The translations under genes were made by a program, and so were the position numbers. Shown here one piece after another: positions 47,232 through 57,022 of a stretch of 64,000 nt of DNA (positions are counted from its first letter, which is position 1; the number at the start of each line of letters is the position of its first letter). The stretch is from contig CAMDNW010000009.1 of assembly GCA_945903275.1 (NCBI GenBank), forward strand, positions 3,036 through 67,035, given 5' to 3'. The stretch comes from Thermoflexus hugenholtzii JAD2. Its GTDB lineage: Bacteria > Chloroflexota > Dehalococcoidia > UBA2979. The notes under the pieces were generated by a model that worked only from the letters and a program-made list of their open reading frames with translations, searched no databases and was not told where the DNA came from.

Positions 47232-48182
47232 CTAGTGCAGCCGAATCCGAGGATCGAGAAGTCCGTATGACATGTCGATAGTCAGGTTCGCCAGCACGAA
47301 CAGCGTTGCCATGACCATCACTGAGCCCTGCACTACCGGGTAGTCCCGGTGGGTGACGGCATCAAGGAGCAGCCGCCCCTGTCCGGGCAGCGAGAAGATC
47401 TGCTCGACAATGACCAACCCACCGATGAGCCCGGTGAGTTGTGCGCCGATGATCGTGATCACCGGGATCATGCTGTTCCGCAGCGCGTGGCGGATGACGA
47501 CGTCTATCTCACGCAGGCCTTTTGCGCGAGCCGTACGGACGTAGTCCTCCCTCAACACGTCGAGCATGGCGGACCGGGTCATGCGCGCGCTCACGGCGGA
47601 CAGGCGGTAACCAACTATCAACGCCGGGAAGATCATCGACTGGAAGTTCTTGACCGGATCAGTAAGCGGCGAATACCAGCCAAACTCCGGCAACCATCCG
47701 AGATATTTTGACAGAACCAGTAGCAGGATAGTGGCTAGCCAGAAGTCGGGCGCGGAGAGCCCGATGACCGAGAACAGGCGGCTGCCGAAATCGATCACCG
47801 TATCCTGACGCACAGCAGCGATGACTCCGAGAGGAATCGCTAGCATGAACGCGATCGACACTGCCAGTATGGAAATCTCAAGCGACACCTTCATCCGCTG
47901 CAGGATGGTCGGCAGGACGGGTTCGCGAGTCCATAGCGACGTGCCGAGGTCACCCTGGACTAGGTGCCCAAGCCAATCCGCGTATTGCGCGAGAAACGGC
48001 TTGTCGATGCCGAGTTCGATACGCATTTGGGCAAGTGTCTCCGGGCTGACGTAGCCGCCCTCTGCGACGAGCGCCATCACAGCATCCCCGGGGATGAGCC
48101 GGACTAACGAAAAGATGAACAGCGAGACAAACAGGAGTGACGGGACCGCGAGCAGCAGTCGCCGAGCGATATAAGGACCCAC
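47232..48182 (-). CDS. ABC transporter permease (DppB/OppB-like)
   Basis: MGPYIARRLLLAVPSLLFVSLFIFSLVRLIPGD... is a classic DppB start. Confidence 0.85.
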   Translation of the reverse strand: MGPYIARRLLLAVPSLLFVSLFIFSLVRLIPGDAVMALVAEGGYVSPETLAQMRIELGIDKPFLAQYADWLGHLVQGDLGTSLWTREPVLPTILQRMKVSLEISILAVSIAFMLAIPLGVIAAVRQDTVIDFGSRLFSVIGLSAPDFWLATILLLVLSKYLGWLPEFGWYSPLTDPVKNFQSMIFPALIVGYRLSAVSARMTRSAMLDVLREDYVRTARAKGLREIDVVIRHALRNSMIPVITIIGAQLTGLIGGLVIVEQIFSLPGQGRLLLDAVTHRDYPVVQGSVMVMATLFVLANLTIDMSYGLLDPRIRLH

Positions 48183-48256
48183 CGGTCCCCCTTCCGCTGC
48201 TCAAGCACAGGACAGGAGGCAGCGGATCAGCCGCTATCTCCTGTCCTGTGCCCGTA

Positions 48257-50023
48257 TTACTTGCTTGTCCAAATGTCTGGCATGAACTGCGAGGCGTTGT
48301 ATCCGAACACGCTTGGGCCAAGTCCGTCATTGCCGACGATCCACTGCATCCCGTGAATCCACGGCTGCCAGACCGTGAAGTTTACGGAGTTCGTGTGCTC
48401 CACGCGGTACATCTTGTCGAGCATACGATCCCAGATCTTACGCAGAATTTCGCGCCGTTTCCGCGGATCGAGCTCGACGCTCTGCTGCTCCGACCAAGTG
48501 TCGATCTCGGGGTCCTTGATATAGAAGAGATTGCTCGCAGCGCCTGACTGCAGCTGCGCCTTGAAGTAGTTGTCTGCCTGTGTGCCGTGGGGATCCCACG
48601 CCTGAATGGCATCTTCGTACTGAGCTTTCGCCAACTGGGCGTTGAACTGCACGTAGTCGATCTGACGTGCATTGACTTGGAATCCCGCCTTGCGGAATTG
48701 ATCAAGGATCATCTCGTTCTGAGCGGTCAAGTACTGGTTTGTATACAACCAGTCGAATTTCAGGTTCTCCTGCCCGGCTGCCTGCAGTAGTTTCTTGGAT
48801 TCGGCGAGGTCAAACCGCCACCACTTACCGAGATCCTTGGCAACCGGCTCCTTGTCGAGCACGTGGTTCCACGGCATCACCGGCAGTGTGCTCGATAGCC
48901 CGTCGTACAGAGTGGCGTTGATGGTGTCGCGGTCGAGCGCGAGGCTGAAAGCCTGACGGACGCGCTCGTCCTTCCACTTGGCCTGAGTCATGTTGAACGC
49001 GGTGAAGAACACCGACTTGGTATACAGGGACTGCGTAACGTTGGAACCAGGCACCGACTCCTGAATTGCCTTGATGTCTTTCGGCGTGCGTGCGCCCGCC
49101 CGTATGATTTGGCCTGCGCGGAACGCGGCAACCTGCGCAGCAGTGTCGGGAATGATGCGGTACTCGAAGCCGTCAAGATGCGGAGCAGGCCCCCAGTAGT
49201 CGGGGTTTCGCACATAGCGGACCGCTTGTCCAGCCACATGCTCTTTCAGGATCATCGGCCCCGTGCCGATCGCAACTTTATCGAGCGTTTTGTTGTCGAC
49301 CAGTTCTTTCGGCTGAATTGGATTGTTCTGCTCAGCCAGCGGCACAATGAAGTCCGGTGACGGTCGCTTCAGCGTTACCTTGACCGTCAAAGGGTTCACT
49401 GCTTCGATCTTGGCCATCGCATCGAAATTGGATTGCCAGATGCCGGTGGACGCGTACCGCTGGTACGAGTACACGACGTCCTCCGCGGTGAACGCGCGGC
49501 CGTTCAGCGGGGCCACGTTGATCCATTTGGCATTCGGCCGCAGTTTGAAGGTGTACGTCAGACCGTCTGGTGTGACCTCCCATGACTGTGCCAAGCCCAC
49601 TTCGATATCCTTCGAGGGCGCTCCTGGCGTGCCTCCGAGCTCACTGTCCTTTGTCGTCATTTTTCGACGCAGCAGTGTCTCGTAGGTGGTACCGGCTGGC
49701 GTCAGATTGCCGGTCGCGCCGCTCTTGCTCACATCCATTGATCCGATGTCAGCGGCCACGGCGACCACCACGGACCCGCCTCGCTTCGGCTGGGCACTGG
49801 ACGCGGCAACCGTATAATTGAACGGGCGCTTCGCCGCTTCCTCTTTGGTAGCTGCCTGCCCTCCACCCGTGTCAGCTGTTGCCCCCGGTGCTGCGGAGGG
49901 GGCACCCTTCGTCCCGCCGCATCCTACGAGAGCCGCCGCGCTCATGCCGCCGACGAACGCGAGTGACCCTCGCACCAAACTCCGACGACTCACAGACTGC
50001 GATATCAACCGATGGTTCGCCAT
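48257..50023 (-). CDS. ABC transporter substrate-binding lipoprotein, family 5 (peptide/nickel/opine type), Tat signal
   Basis: SRRSLVRGSLAFVGGMSAAALVGCGG (twin-arginine signal plus lipobox), 588 aa, SBP_bac_5-like. Confidence 0.85.
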   Translation of the reverse strand: MANHRLISQSVSRRSLVRGSLAFVGGMSAAALVGCGGTKGAPSAAPGATADTGGGQAATKEEAAKRPFNYTVAASSAQPKRGGSVVVAVAADIGSMDVSKSGATGNLTPAGTTYETLLRRKMTTKDSELGGTPGAPSKDIEVGLAQSWEVTPDGLTYTFKLRPNAKWINVAPLNGRAFTAEDVVYSYQRYASTGIWQSNFDAMAKIEAVNPLTVKVTLKRPSPDFIVPLAEQNNPIQPKELVDNKTLDKVAIGTGPMILKEHVAGQAVRYVRNPDYWGPAPHLDGFEYRIIPDTAAQVAAFRAGQIIRAGARTPKDIKAIQESVPGSNVTQSLYTKSVFFTAFNMTQAKWKDERVRQAFSLALDRDTINATLYDGLSSTLPVMPWNHVLDKEPVAKDLGKWWRFDLAESKKLLQAAGQENLKFDWLYTNQYLTAQNEMILDQFRKAGFQVNARQIDYVQFNAQLAKAQYEDAIQAWDPHGTQADNYFKAQLQSGAASNLFYIKDPEIDTWSEQQSVELDPRKRREILRKIWDRMLDKMYRVEHTNSVNFTVWQPWIHGMQWIVGNDGLGPSVFGYNASQFMPDIWTSK

Positions 50024-50639
50024 ATGCTCATGCCTCCCTTGGGCTTAGGAACGACCCCAACTGCTGTCTCTCGCGATGGAGTTCGTACAGATTGATTTGC
50101 CTGCGAGACCCACTCTCTTCAGAACGACCTTCCCGCAGTTCATTCCGTTTATTTCGGTGCGATGGCTACCAATCGAGCCTTACAGCACCGGACTGCCAAA
50201 ATTGACGCGAAACCAAACTTTCGATTTCGAACCCTTCGACACTGCTAGGCAACAGCGTCGACATCAACGCCTATTGCATGCACGGCACTGCGTTGAAAAC
50301 CTATGCACGTGGCGGATATTACGTGCGTAGGCTTCACGATTGCAACTGCCTATAAGTCTGCCAAAATTAAAATCTTTGCCGCGTTTCTCGCACAGAACGT
50401 GATTGGGATCGGTGGACGGGTGCATGGCACACCGAGTGGCATCACGAATCGCCGTGTCCGACAATCCTAATGAGCGGAAGTGCCTGATCCGGCTCCTCGC
50501 AGGAGAACTCTTCCTCGCACATGTTCTCGTGCGCCTACGAGCGCTACCAATTCTGGCAGGAACAAGCCCGACTCCGGGGCTCATCGACTGAGTAGCGTTC
50601 CATCAACAGAACGTCATCCGCCCCGCCGGTATTCGCCGC

Positions 50640-51419
50640 TCACGAACCCAGCCGCCCGCACCAGTACACCTCCGCGCGATGCGGCAGCCCAATCGTCGGC
50701 CGCCCTCGCGTCGCCGGGTGTGCATCGAGGAACGCCGCCACCCGCGCCAGCACCTCTTGCCGCCGCGCCTCCGGCAGTGCCGCCACGAAACTCGTCGAAG
50801 CCGTCCGCGCCACCGCCGTCGCCCGATCCACCTCGAACTCGAATGGGCACTCCGCGAACTCCAGCGGGCTGAACAGCGCCGCCCCCGGCTCGTCCTCGAA
50901 CGCTGCCTGCCATCGCGTCTCCGCGTACCGCCGCACATCACCCTCGCGATAGGTATCCACGAGGCGCACCAGCTCCGCCACCCACTCCACCGTCTCGTCT
51001 CGCTGCAACCACACTAGGCCCAGCCGTCCGCCCGGCCGTAACACCCGGTGCAACTCCCGCACCGCCGCCAGCCCGTCGAACCAGTGGAACGCCGTTCCGA
51101 TGGTTACCGCGTCCACGCTCGCGGTCGCCAGCGGTAGCACTTCCGCGTTTGCGCGCACGATCGGCACGCCCGGCTGGATCCGCGCGAACTCCGCGCACAT
51201 CTCCGCCGCCGGCTCGACGCCCAGCACACGCGCGCCGCCGATGAACTGCCGCCCTAATTTCCCCGTCCCCGTCGCGAGGTCGACAAGGCGTGTCTCCGAT
51301 GTGATCCGCAACTGCTCGCGCAGCATCGCCACCACCTCTGGCGGATAGTCTGGCCGCCCCCGTTCATACGCCGAACTCGCCGCCGCGAACCCCCGCGCCG
51401 CTACATCGTTCATCGACAT
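50640..51419 (-). CDS. Class I SAM-dependent methyltransferase
   Basis: LVDLATGTGKL motif I, ...AFHWF. Confidence 0.75.
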   Translation of the reverse strand: MSMNDVAARGFAAASSAYERGRPDYPPEVVAMLREQLRITSETRLVDLATGTGKLGRQFIGGARVLGVEPAAEMCAEFARIQPGVPIVRANAEVLPLATASVDAVTIGTAFHWFDGLAAVRELHRVLRPGGRLGLVWLQRDETVEWVAELVRLVDTYREGDVRRYAETRWQAAFEDEPGAALFSPLEFAECPFEFEVDRATAVARTASTSFVAALPEARRQEVLARVAAFLDAHPATRGRPTIGLPHRAEVYWCGRLGS

Positions 51420-51432
51420 CGCGCACACCCTT

Positions 51433-52749
51433 TCACCCCCGCGACTCCCCATCGCCCCCACTCGGGACATACGGCCGAGGCAGCCGCAGCGCCACAAGGA
51501 ACGCGACGAACGCCGCCGTGAACGTCCCCATGAACATCAGCAACGCGCCGTCGTACGATCCTGTCGCGTCGTAGATCGCCCCCGCCACCGTCGGGCTCAC
51601 GATCTGCCCGAACGTCTCCACCACCACCACCGCCCCGAGGATCGTCGCGAAATGCGCCACTCCGAATGCGCGCGTCAGGAGCAGCGCCTCGATCATCGGT
51701 CCACCCGATGTCCCGACGATCCACAGAATCAGGAACATCCCGATCGCCGCCGGGTGCGTGCTGATCGACAACGTGAGCATCGCCCCGAACAGCGTCGCCC
51801 CGAACCCCAGCGCGACCACCTCGAACCGCCGCACTCGATCCGCCAGCACCCCCACCGCCAGTCGCGTCACGATGCTCAACCCTGCCGTGATCGACACGAT
51901 CAGCGCGGCATCGCGCCGCGTGAGCCCGATCGATTCGTAGAACGGCACCTGGTGTATCAGCCACCCAAACATCCCGAAGAAGAAGAGCATCAGCGCCGTC
52001 GATAGCACCCAGAACAGCGGCGACCGCAACGCCTCGCCTAGCGTCACGCCCTCCAGCGGAGTCGGCGCACGCGTCGACTCCGCCTCGCCTACCGCCCGCT
52101 CCGCCCGAGGCGCCCCGTCCACCTCCAGCCCCGACTCGCCCGGCGAGTTCCGCACCACCCACAGCCCCACCGGCAGGAACAGCGCCGCCACCGCCACTCC
52201 CGAGGCGACCATCGTCCCCCGCCACCCCAGCGTCTCGATGGCGTATCCGACCACCGGCACTACTAGGAATCCGCCCAGCGAGAACCCCGTTCCCAGAATG
52301 CTCACCGCGATCCCGCGCTTCTTATCGAACCAGCGCGAGATCAGCGTCATGAATGGAATGAAGAACATCAACTGCCGCACCACGGCATTGATCGCGTTGA
52401 ACGCGTACCACTGCCAGATCGAGGTCGTGCTCGCCAGTAAGAAATAGGACAGCGCCGTCAGCACCGTCCCCACCAAGATCGCGGAGCGAGGCCCCCGCCG
52501 GTCGATCCACCGTCCCACAAACGGTCCCGACACCCCGCCCGCCAGCAGCGCCGACGAGAACCCGAACGAGACCTCCGCCCGTGACCACCCGAACTCCTGC
52601 TCCAGCGGCTGCACGTAGAACCCGAACGCCCAGAACGACACCCCGCTCCCCAGCGCCATCGACGCCACCGAGGCAGCCAGCAGCCACCACCCGTAGTAGA
52701 TTCGGCGGCGACCACGCAGCACATCCAGCACCTGAGCAATCGTCGTCAT
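51433..52749 (-). CDS. MFS transporter (oxalate/formate antiporter-like, OFA family)
   Basis: 438 aa, 12 TM helices, ...YYGWWLLAASVASMALGSGVSFWAFGFYVQPL... Confidence 0.8.
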   Translation of the reverse strand: MTTIAQVLDVLRGRRRIYYGWWLLAASVASMALGSGVSFWAFGFYVQPLEQEFGWSRAEVSFGFSSALLAGGVSGPFVGRWIDRRGPRSAILVGTVLTALSYFLLASTTSIWQWYAFNAINAVVRQLMFFIPFMTLISRWFDKKRGIAVSILGTGFSLGGFLVVPVVGYAIETLGWRGTMVASGVAVAALFLPVGLWVVRNSPGESGLEVDGAPRAERAVGEAESTRAPTPLEGVTLGEALRSPLFWVLSTALMLFFFGMFGWLIHQVPFYESIGLTRRDAALIVSITAGLSIVTRLAVGVLADRVRRFEVVALGFGATLFGAMLTLSISTHPAAIGMFLILWIVGTSGGPMIEALLLTRAFGVAHFATILGAVVVVETFGQIVSPTVAGAIYDATGSYDGALLMFMGTFTAAFVAFLVALRLPRPYVPSGGDGESRG

Positions 52750-53044
52750 GTGGCCGCGAGCATACCCGCTCGCCTACTGACTCACCCGCAGACCCACTCC
52801 CTACACCATCTCGTCCAGAATCTCCGGCGGCACAAGCAGCGGCTACCGGGCACTCCGCCGCGATCTCCGCCAGCTTCGCCCGCTGCGCCGCCGCATCCAT
52901 GGCCCGCAAGACCACCGCGTCAACACCGACGAACCCGCCCGGGGCCGTCTCGCTGTCCCCGCACGCGAGTCCTTGATCCTCCTCGCGCGCTAACATCACA
53001 TCCGCCCGCTAGCGCCCAACCGCACCCCTCGCGACACTCCACGA

Positions 53045-54202
53045 ATGCGATTCGCACGCCCCTCCTTCACCACCCTCATCGTCGCCTGGGCCATCGCCGC
53101 GCTCATGCTCCTGACCGTCGTGCTGATCCCCGCCGTCGCGGGCTTCGAAGTCACTCTCGTCACCGGCCCCCGCCCTGAGACCACACAGGGCCAGGTCGTC
53201 GAGGTGCTCGCCCGCACCACTATTCAGACCGGCCGCACCACCATCGAGCACGAAGAATTCGCCGTCGCCGTCGGCAGCCAGCGCGTCACTGTCATCCGCG
53301 ACCGCGATCTCAACGAGGCCGGTACGCTCCACCTCGCCCCCGGCGACCGCGTGCTGCTCACGAAGGTACAAACCCCCAGTGGCGACCAGTACCTGATCGT
53401 CGACCGTGTTCGCACCACTGCGCTCGTCGTGCTCGCACTCGCCTTCGCCGCTATGGTGGTGCTCACCGCGCGTCTCATCGGCGCGTCATCGCTGCTCGGC
53501 CTCGTCTGCGTGCTGCTCGTGCTGCTGCGCTACGTCGTCCCCGGCATCATGTCCGGCTACGACCCGGTGACGATCGCCACCACCGGCGGCCTTGTGATCA
53601 TGATCGTCACGCTCTACCTCGCCCACGGCGCGAACCGCAAGACCTCCGTCGCGCTGCTCGGCACCACCGTCAGCCTCGTCTTCACCGCCGCCCTCGCCGT
53701 CATCGCCGTCGAGGCCACCCAACTCACCGGTCTTACCTCCGAGGACACCGCAGTCCTCCAGGTGCTCACCGGCGCCCGCATCGATCCGGCGGGCCTGCTG
53801 CTCGCCGGCATCATCATCGGCACGCTCGGTGTGCTCGACGACGTGACCATCGCCCAGTCCTCCGCCGTCTTCGAACTCCGCCGCGCCAACCTGCTCCTCG
53901 GCCCGCTCGATCTCTACCGCCGCGCCATGAACGTCGGCCGCGATCACATCTCCGCCACCGTCAGCACGCTCGTCCTCGCCTACGCGGGCGCGTCATTGCC
54001 GCTGCTGATGCTGCTCGTCGTGCAGGGCGATTCGCTGCTCGTGCAGCTCAACCGCGAGTTCATCGCCGCCGAGGCCGTCCGCACGCTCGTCGGCAGCATG
54101 GGCCTCATCGCCGCCGTCCCGCTCACCACCCTCATCGCCGCCTTCGTCGCCGGCCACACCACCCCCGAGGTCATTGCTGAGGACGCCGCCCAGCGCCACT
54201 AG
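53045..54202 (+). CDS. YibE/F-family membrane protein
   Basis: An N-terminal TM plus periplasmic domain, then a polytopic C-terminal half with the conserved ...GLTSEDTAVLQVLTG...GVLDDVTIAQSSAVFEL... pattern. Confidence 0.7.
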   Translation: MRFARPSFTTLIVAWAIAALMLLTVVLIPAVAGFEVTLVTGPRPETTQGQVVEVLARTTIQTGRTTIEHEEFAVAVGSQRVTVIRDRDLNEAGTLHLAPGDRVLLTKVQTPSGDQYLIVDRVRTTALVVLALAFAAMVVLTARLIGASSLLGLVCVLLVLLRYVVPGIMSGYDPVTIATTGGLVIMIVTLYLAHGANRKTSVALLGTTVSLVFTAALAVIAVEATQLTGLTSEDTAVLQVLTGARIDPAGLLLAGIIIGTLGVLDDVTIAQSSAVFELRRANLLLGPLDLYRRAMNVGRDHISATVSTLVLAYAGASLPLLMLLVVQGDSLLVQLNREFIAAEAVRTLVGSMGLIAAVPLTTLIAAFVAGHTTPEVIAEDAAQRH

Positions 54203-54287
54203 GTCTGCAGTAGCCCGTCGCACAGCGCCCTCGCCTCCGGCACCTCGTCCAGCGGTCGCAGCCGCACCACATGCATTCGTCGAAGCA

Positions 54288-54983
54288 TCAGAGCATGTCA
54301 CGCAGATACGCCGTCGCCAGCGCGTCCGCATACTCGTTCCACTTCGACCCGTCATGCGCCCGAATCCACTGAATCCGCGCGTGCGGGCGCGCCTGCGCCA
54401 GCGTATACGCCTGCTGCACCAACTCCAGATTCTGCACCTCACCCGTGGATCGCCGCCACCCGCGCCGCTCCCAGCCCGCTGCCCACTGTGTCAGCGTCTG
54501 CACCACCAGCCGGCTGTCCGTAAAGACATCCACGTGCTCGTCCGGCGCGATCAGCAGCAGCCCCTCGGCGATCGCCGTCAGCTCCATCCGGTTATTCGTC
54601 GTGTCGCCATCCGCCCCATACCGCTGCGCCACCACCCGGCCATCATCCACGCGCACCGCGCCCCAGCCGCCCGGCCCAGGATTCCCGCTGCATGACCCGT
54701 CCGTGAACACCCCGGCTTGCGGCCCGCCGTCATACCGCTCCAGCACCTGCGCCGTCGTGTGCAGCACCCCGCGCGTCGAACCGCCCCGCGCACTCCCGCC
54801 GCCCGCCCGAGGCCTGCGCGCGCTGCCACCGCTCGCGCCACCTGTACTCCCTCGAGTCACACTGCGGCACTGCGTACACAACTTCGGCGTCCATCCTGGA
54901 TACCGCCCCAGTGTCTCGGCGGACAGCGTGAACGCCTTGCCGCACCGCTCGCACGTAAATGATGACGCCCCTGCGGTGGTCAA
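54288..54983 (-). CDS. rnhA: Ribonuclease HI with an N-terminal CxxC...CxxC zinc-ribbon extension
   Basis: VFTDGSCSGNPGPGGWGAV..., NNRMELTA..., ...IRAHDGSKWNEYADALA (the DEDD catalytic residues). N-terminal FTCERCGKAF...CTQC. Confidence 0.8.
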   Translation of the reverse strand: MTTAGASSFTCERCGKAFTLSAETLGRYPGWTPKLCTQCRSVTRGSTGGASGGSARRPRAGGGSARGGSTRGVLHTTAQVLERYDGGPQAGVFTDGSCSGNPGPGGWGAVRVDDGRVVAQRYGADGDTTNNRMELTAIAEGLLLIAPDEHVDVFTDSRLVVQTLTQWAAGWERRGWRRSTGEVQNLELVQQAYTLAQARPHARIQWIRAHDGSKWNEYADALATAYLRDML

Positions 54984-54992
54984 TCGGCTGCG

Positions 54993-56630
54993 CTAGTCGA
55001 ACGCCGCGCCGTTGTAGAGCATCGCCGTATCCCCCTGAAACACCGTGTTCTCCACACCCACCAGCACGATCACCGGCTGGTCGGAGATCACGATCGCGCT
55101 CCCCACCCAGCCATCCGGCAGGTGCCCGTCCGCCCCTTGAAACACCGTGACCGCGCCCGCCGCGCTGAACCCCTCGCGGATCTGCCCGTTCGGAAACTGC
55201 TTCGAAAAGTAGACCATCCGCACGAACGCCGGCGCGCCGTCGAACGACAACACTCTGAACCACGAGTTCCACCCGCCGCTATCCCCAAACGCGCCGTAGT
55301 TCTTGTCCAGCACCGGCAGCACCACACTCCGCGAGGCATCCACCACCGTAAACCCCCGGTAGTCCGAAAACGCCCCCTGCGTCGAGGCGCGCTGCACGAT
55401 CGCCGCAATCGGCTCCACCGCCTGCAACTGCACTGACCCGCTGAACGTTGATGGCAGATCCTTGTCGTTTGGCAGGCACGCGCCCGCCCCCGTCGACCGC
55501 TGATCGCAGGTGATCGAGGACACCACTGTCACCTTGTGATCGATCTCGATCCGCTCACCGCTCGCGTTCGTCCCTGAGTAGCGGAGGCTGACTTCGTTCG
55601 GCACGCCCGGTGTCGCGTTCATGATCCGGAAGCGCGTGTTCCACGTGACCCCACCCGTGGTCGCGTTCCGCTCCACCAGCGGCAACACCACCACCCGCCG
55701 CTGCTCATCCACCGTGATCCCGCGCTTCGATCCGAGCGCCGGGCCTCGCCGCTCGCGCGTGTCGATGGTCCCCGCCAGCGCCTGATCCGCCGCGCGTACC
55801 CCAGTCGCCGTATCGTACGTCCGCACCTGCGCCGACCCATCGAAGCCGAACGGCACGGTCAGGTTCCGCTCGTCGCGCAACAGCGTTTCGTGCGGTACTA
55901 GCCGCGTCCCGCCCTGCGGACAGCCCGCTCCTGGCGCTGGCGGGTCAATCGCCGCAATCGTCCCCTGCCCCTGCGCCCAGTACCGGATCTCCACGCACGC
56001 GTCCCGCGTCTCGCTCGTGTTCTCAATCGAAATGCGCGATACCCACGTATCGGTGTGCTGCACCACTGGAAACGCCATCCCCGCCGTCCCGCGTCCCAGC
56101 CGCAAGGTGTCGCCGTCGATCTGGAACAGCCCACCCTTGAACGCGTCGCGCGCCAGCAACCCCACGAACGGCTGATCCGATTTCAGCACCGCCGATCCGC
56201 GATACCCCACGGGCAGCCCGTCGTACCCCTGCTGAAAGAACGACCACCCGCTCCCCGGCCGGATCGCCGGGCATGCATTTACCTTTGGGCACCCGTCCGT
56301 CGCTACCCGTCGCCCCGACGCGTCGAAGAAGGTCAGATCCACCGTCGAGGCGCGATCGCCCACGTTCTGCACCCGCACCCACGAGTTTTCATCGCCCAGC
56401 AACGCCGACTGCGCCGCCAGCGGCGTACGCGAGGACGCCAGCGCCGCCAGCGCGACGCTCACGAGCAACAACCATGTGACGGCCGGACGGCCGGTGGGGC
56501 GGGCCGCCCAGAATCGCAACTTCGGCACCGTTCGGGTCGCCTCTCTCTCCCACATCCCTCGGACGCAGGCCCCAGCCGCCTCGATCATACGGGCGGGGTC
56601 CTCCCCGCGCACGGCCTCGACACTCCTCAC
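54993..56630 (-). CDS. Secreted protein built from about four internal ~120-aa repeats (unknown fold)
   Basis: A signal-peptide-like segment VTWLLLVSVALAALASS and recurring blocks ...GYRGSAVLKSDQPFVGLL..., ...FDGSAQVRTYD..., ...FSGSVQLQAVEPIAAIV..., ...WVGSAIVISDQPVIVLVG... Confidence 0.55.
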   Translation of the reverse strand: MRSVEAVRGEDPARMIEAAGACVRGMWEREATRTVPKLRFWAARPTGRPAVTWLLLVSVALAALASSRTPLAAQSALLGDENSWVRVQNVGDRASTVDLTFFDASGRRVATDGCPKVNACPAIRPGSGWSFFQQGYDGLPVGYRGSAVLKSDQPFVGLLARDAFKGGLFQIDGDTLRLGRGTAGMAFPVVQHTDTWVSRISIENTSETRDACVEIRYWAQGQGTIAAIDPPAPGAGCPQGGTRLVPHETLLRDERNLTVPFGFDGSAQVRTYDTATGVRAADQALAGTIDTRERRGPALGSKRGITVDEQRRVVVLPLVERNATTGGVTWNTRFRIMNATPGVPNEVSLRYSGTNASGERIEIDHKVTVVSSITCDQRSTGAGACLPNDKDLPSTFSGSVQLQAVEPIAAIVQRASTQGAFSDYRGFTVVDASRSVVLPVLDKNYGAFGDSGGWNSWFRVLSFDGAPAFVRMVYFSKQFPNGQIREGFSAAGAVTVFQGADGHLPDGWVGSAIVISDQPVIVLVGVENTVFQGDTAMLYNGAAFD

Positions 56631-56703
56631 CCCCCAGTGTTATCCTCCCGCCCCGATGCGGGCCGTCGGCTGTCCCCCAATCCGGGAGACGGCCCCGTGC
56701 CAA

Positions 56704-56780
56704 CGGGGTGTAGCTCAGCTTGGTAGAGCGCGTCGTTCGGGACGACGAGGCCCACAGTTCAAATCTGTGCACCCCGACCA
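56704..56780 (+). tRNA. tRNA-Pro (anticodon CGG) with encoded CCA
   Basis: Acceptor CGGGGTG/CACCCCG, anticodon stem CGTCG/CGACG with loop TTCGGGA, T loop TTCAAAT. Confidence 0.8.
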
Positions 56781-57022
56781 CTTCCCCACTCGGGTTGCCA
56801 GTCCGCCCGCACCTCGCCTCTCTTGGTAAGTAGCGGGCAGAGTGAGGGTTCCCTCCACACGACCCATGCACAGGCAAGACAACGGTCGTGTTCACATGGT
56901 TGTTGTCCACAACCACAATGTTCGGGAAACCTTTTCCCGCAAACGGGCGTTCTGACAGTACCCCCAGCCCGAGGTAGACTCGGCCGCTCCCGCCACTCGA
57001 ACTCAGGAAATGGATCACCACC

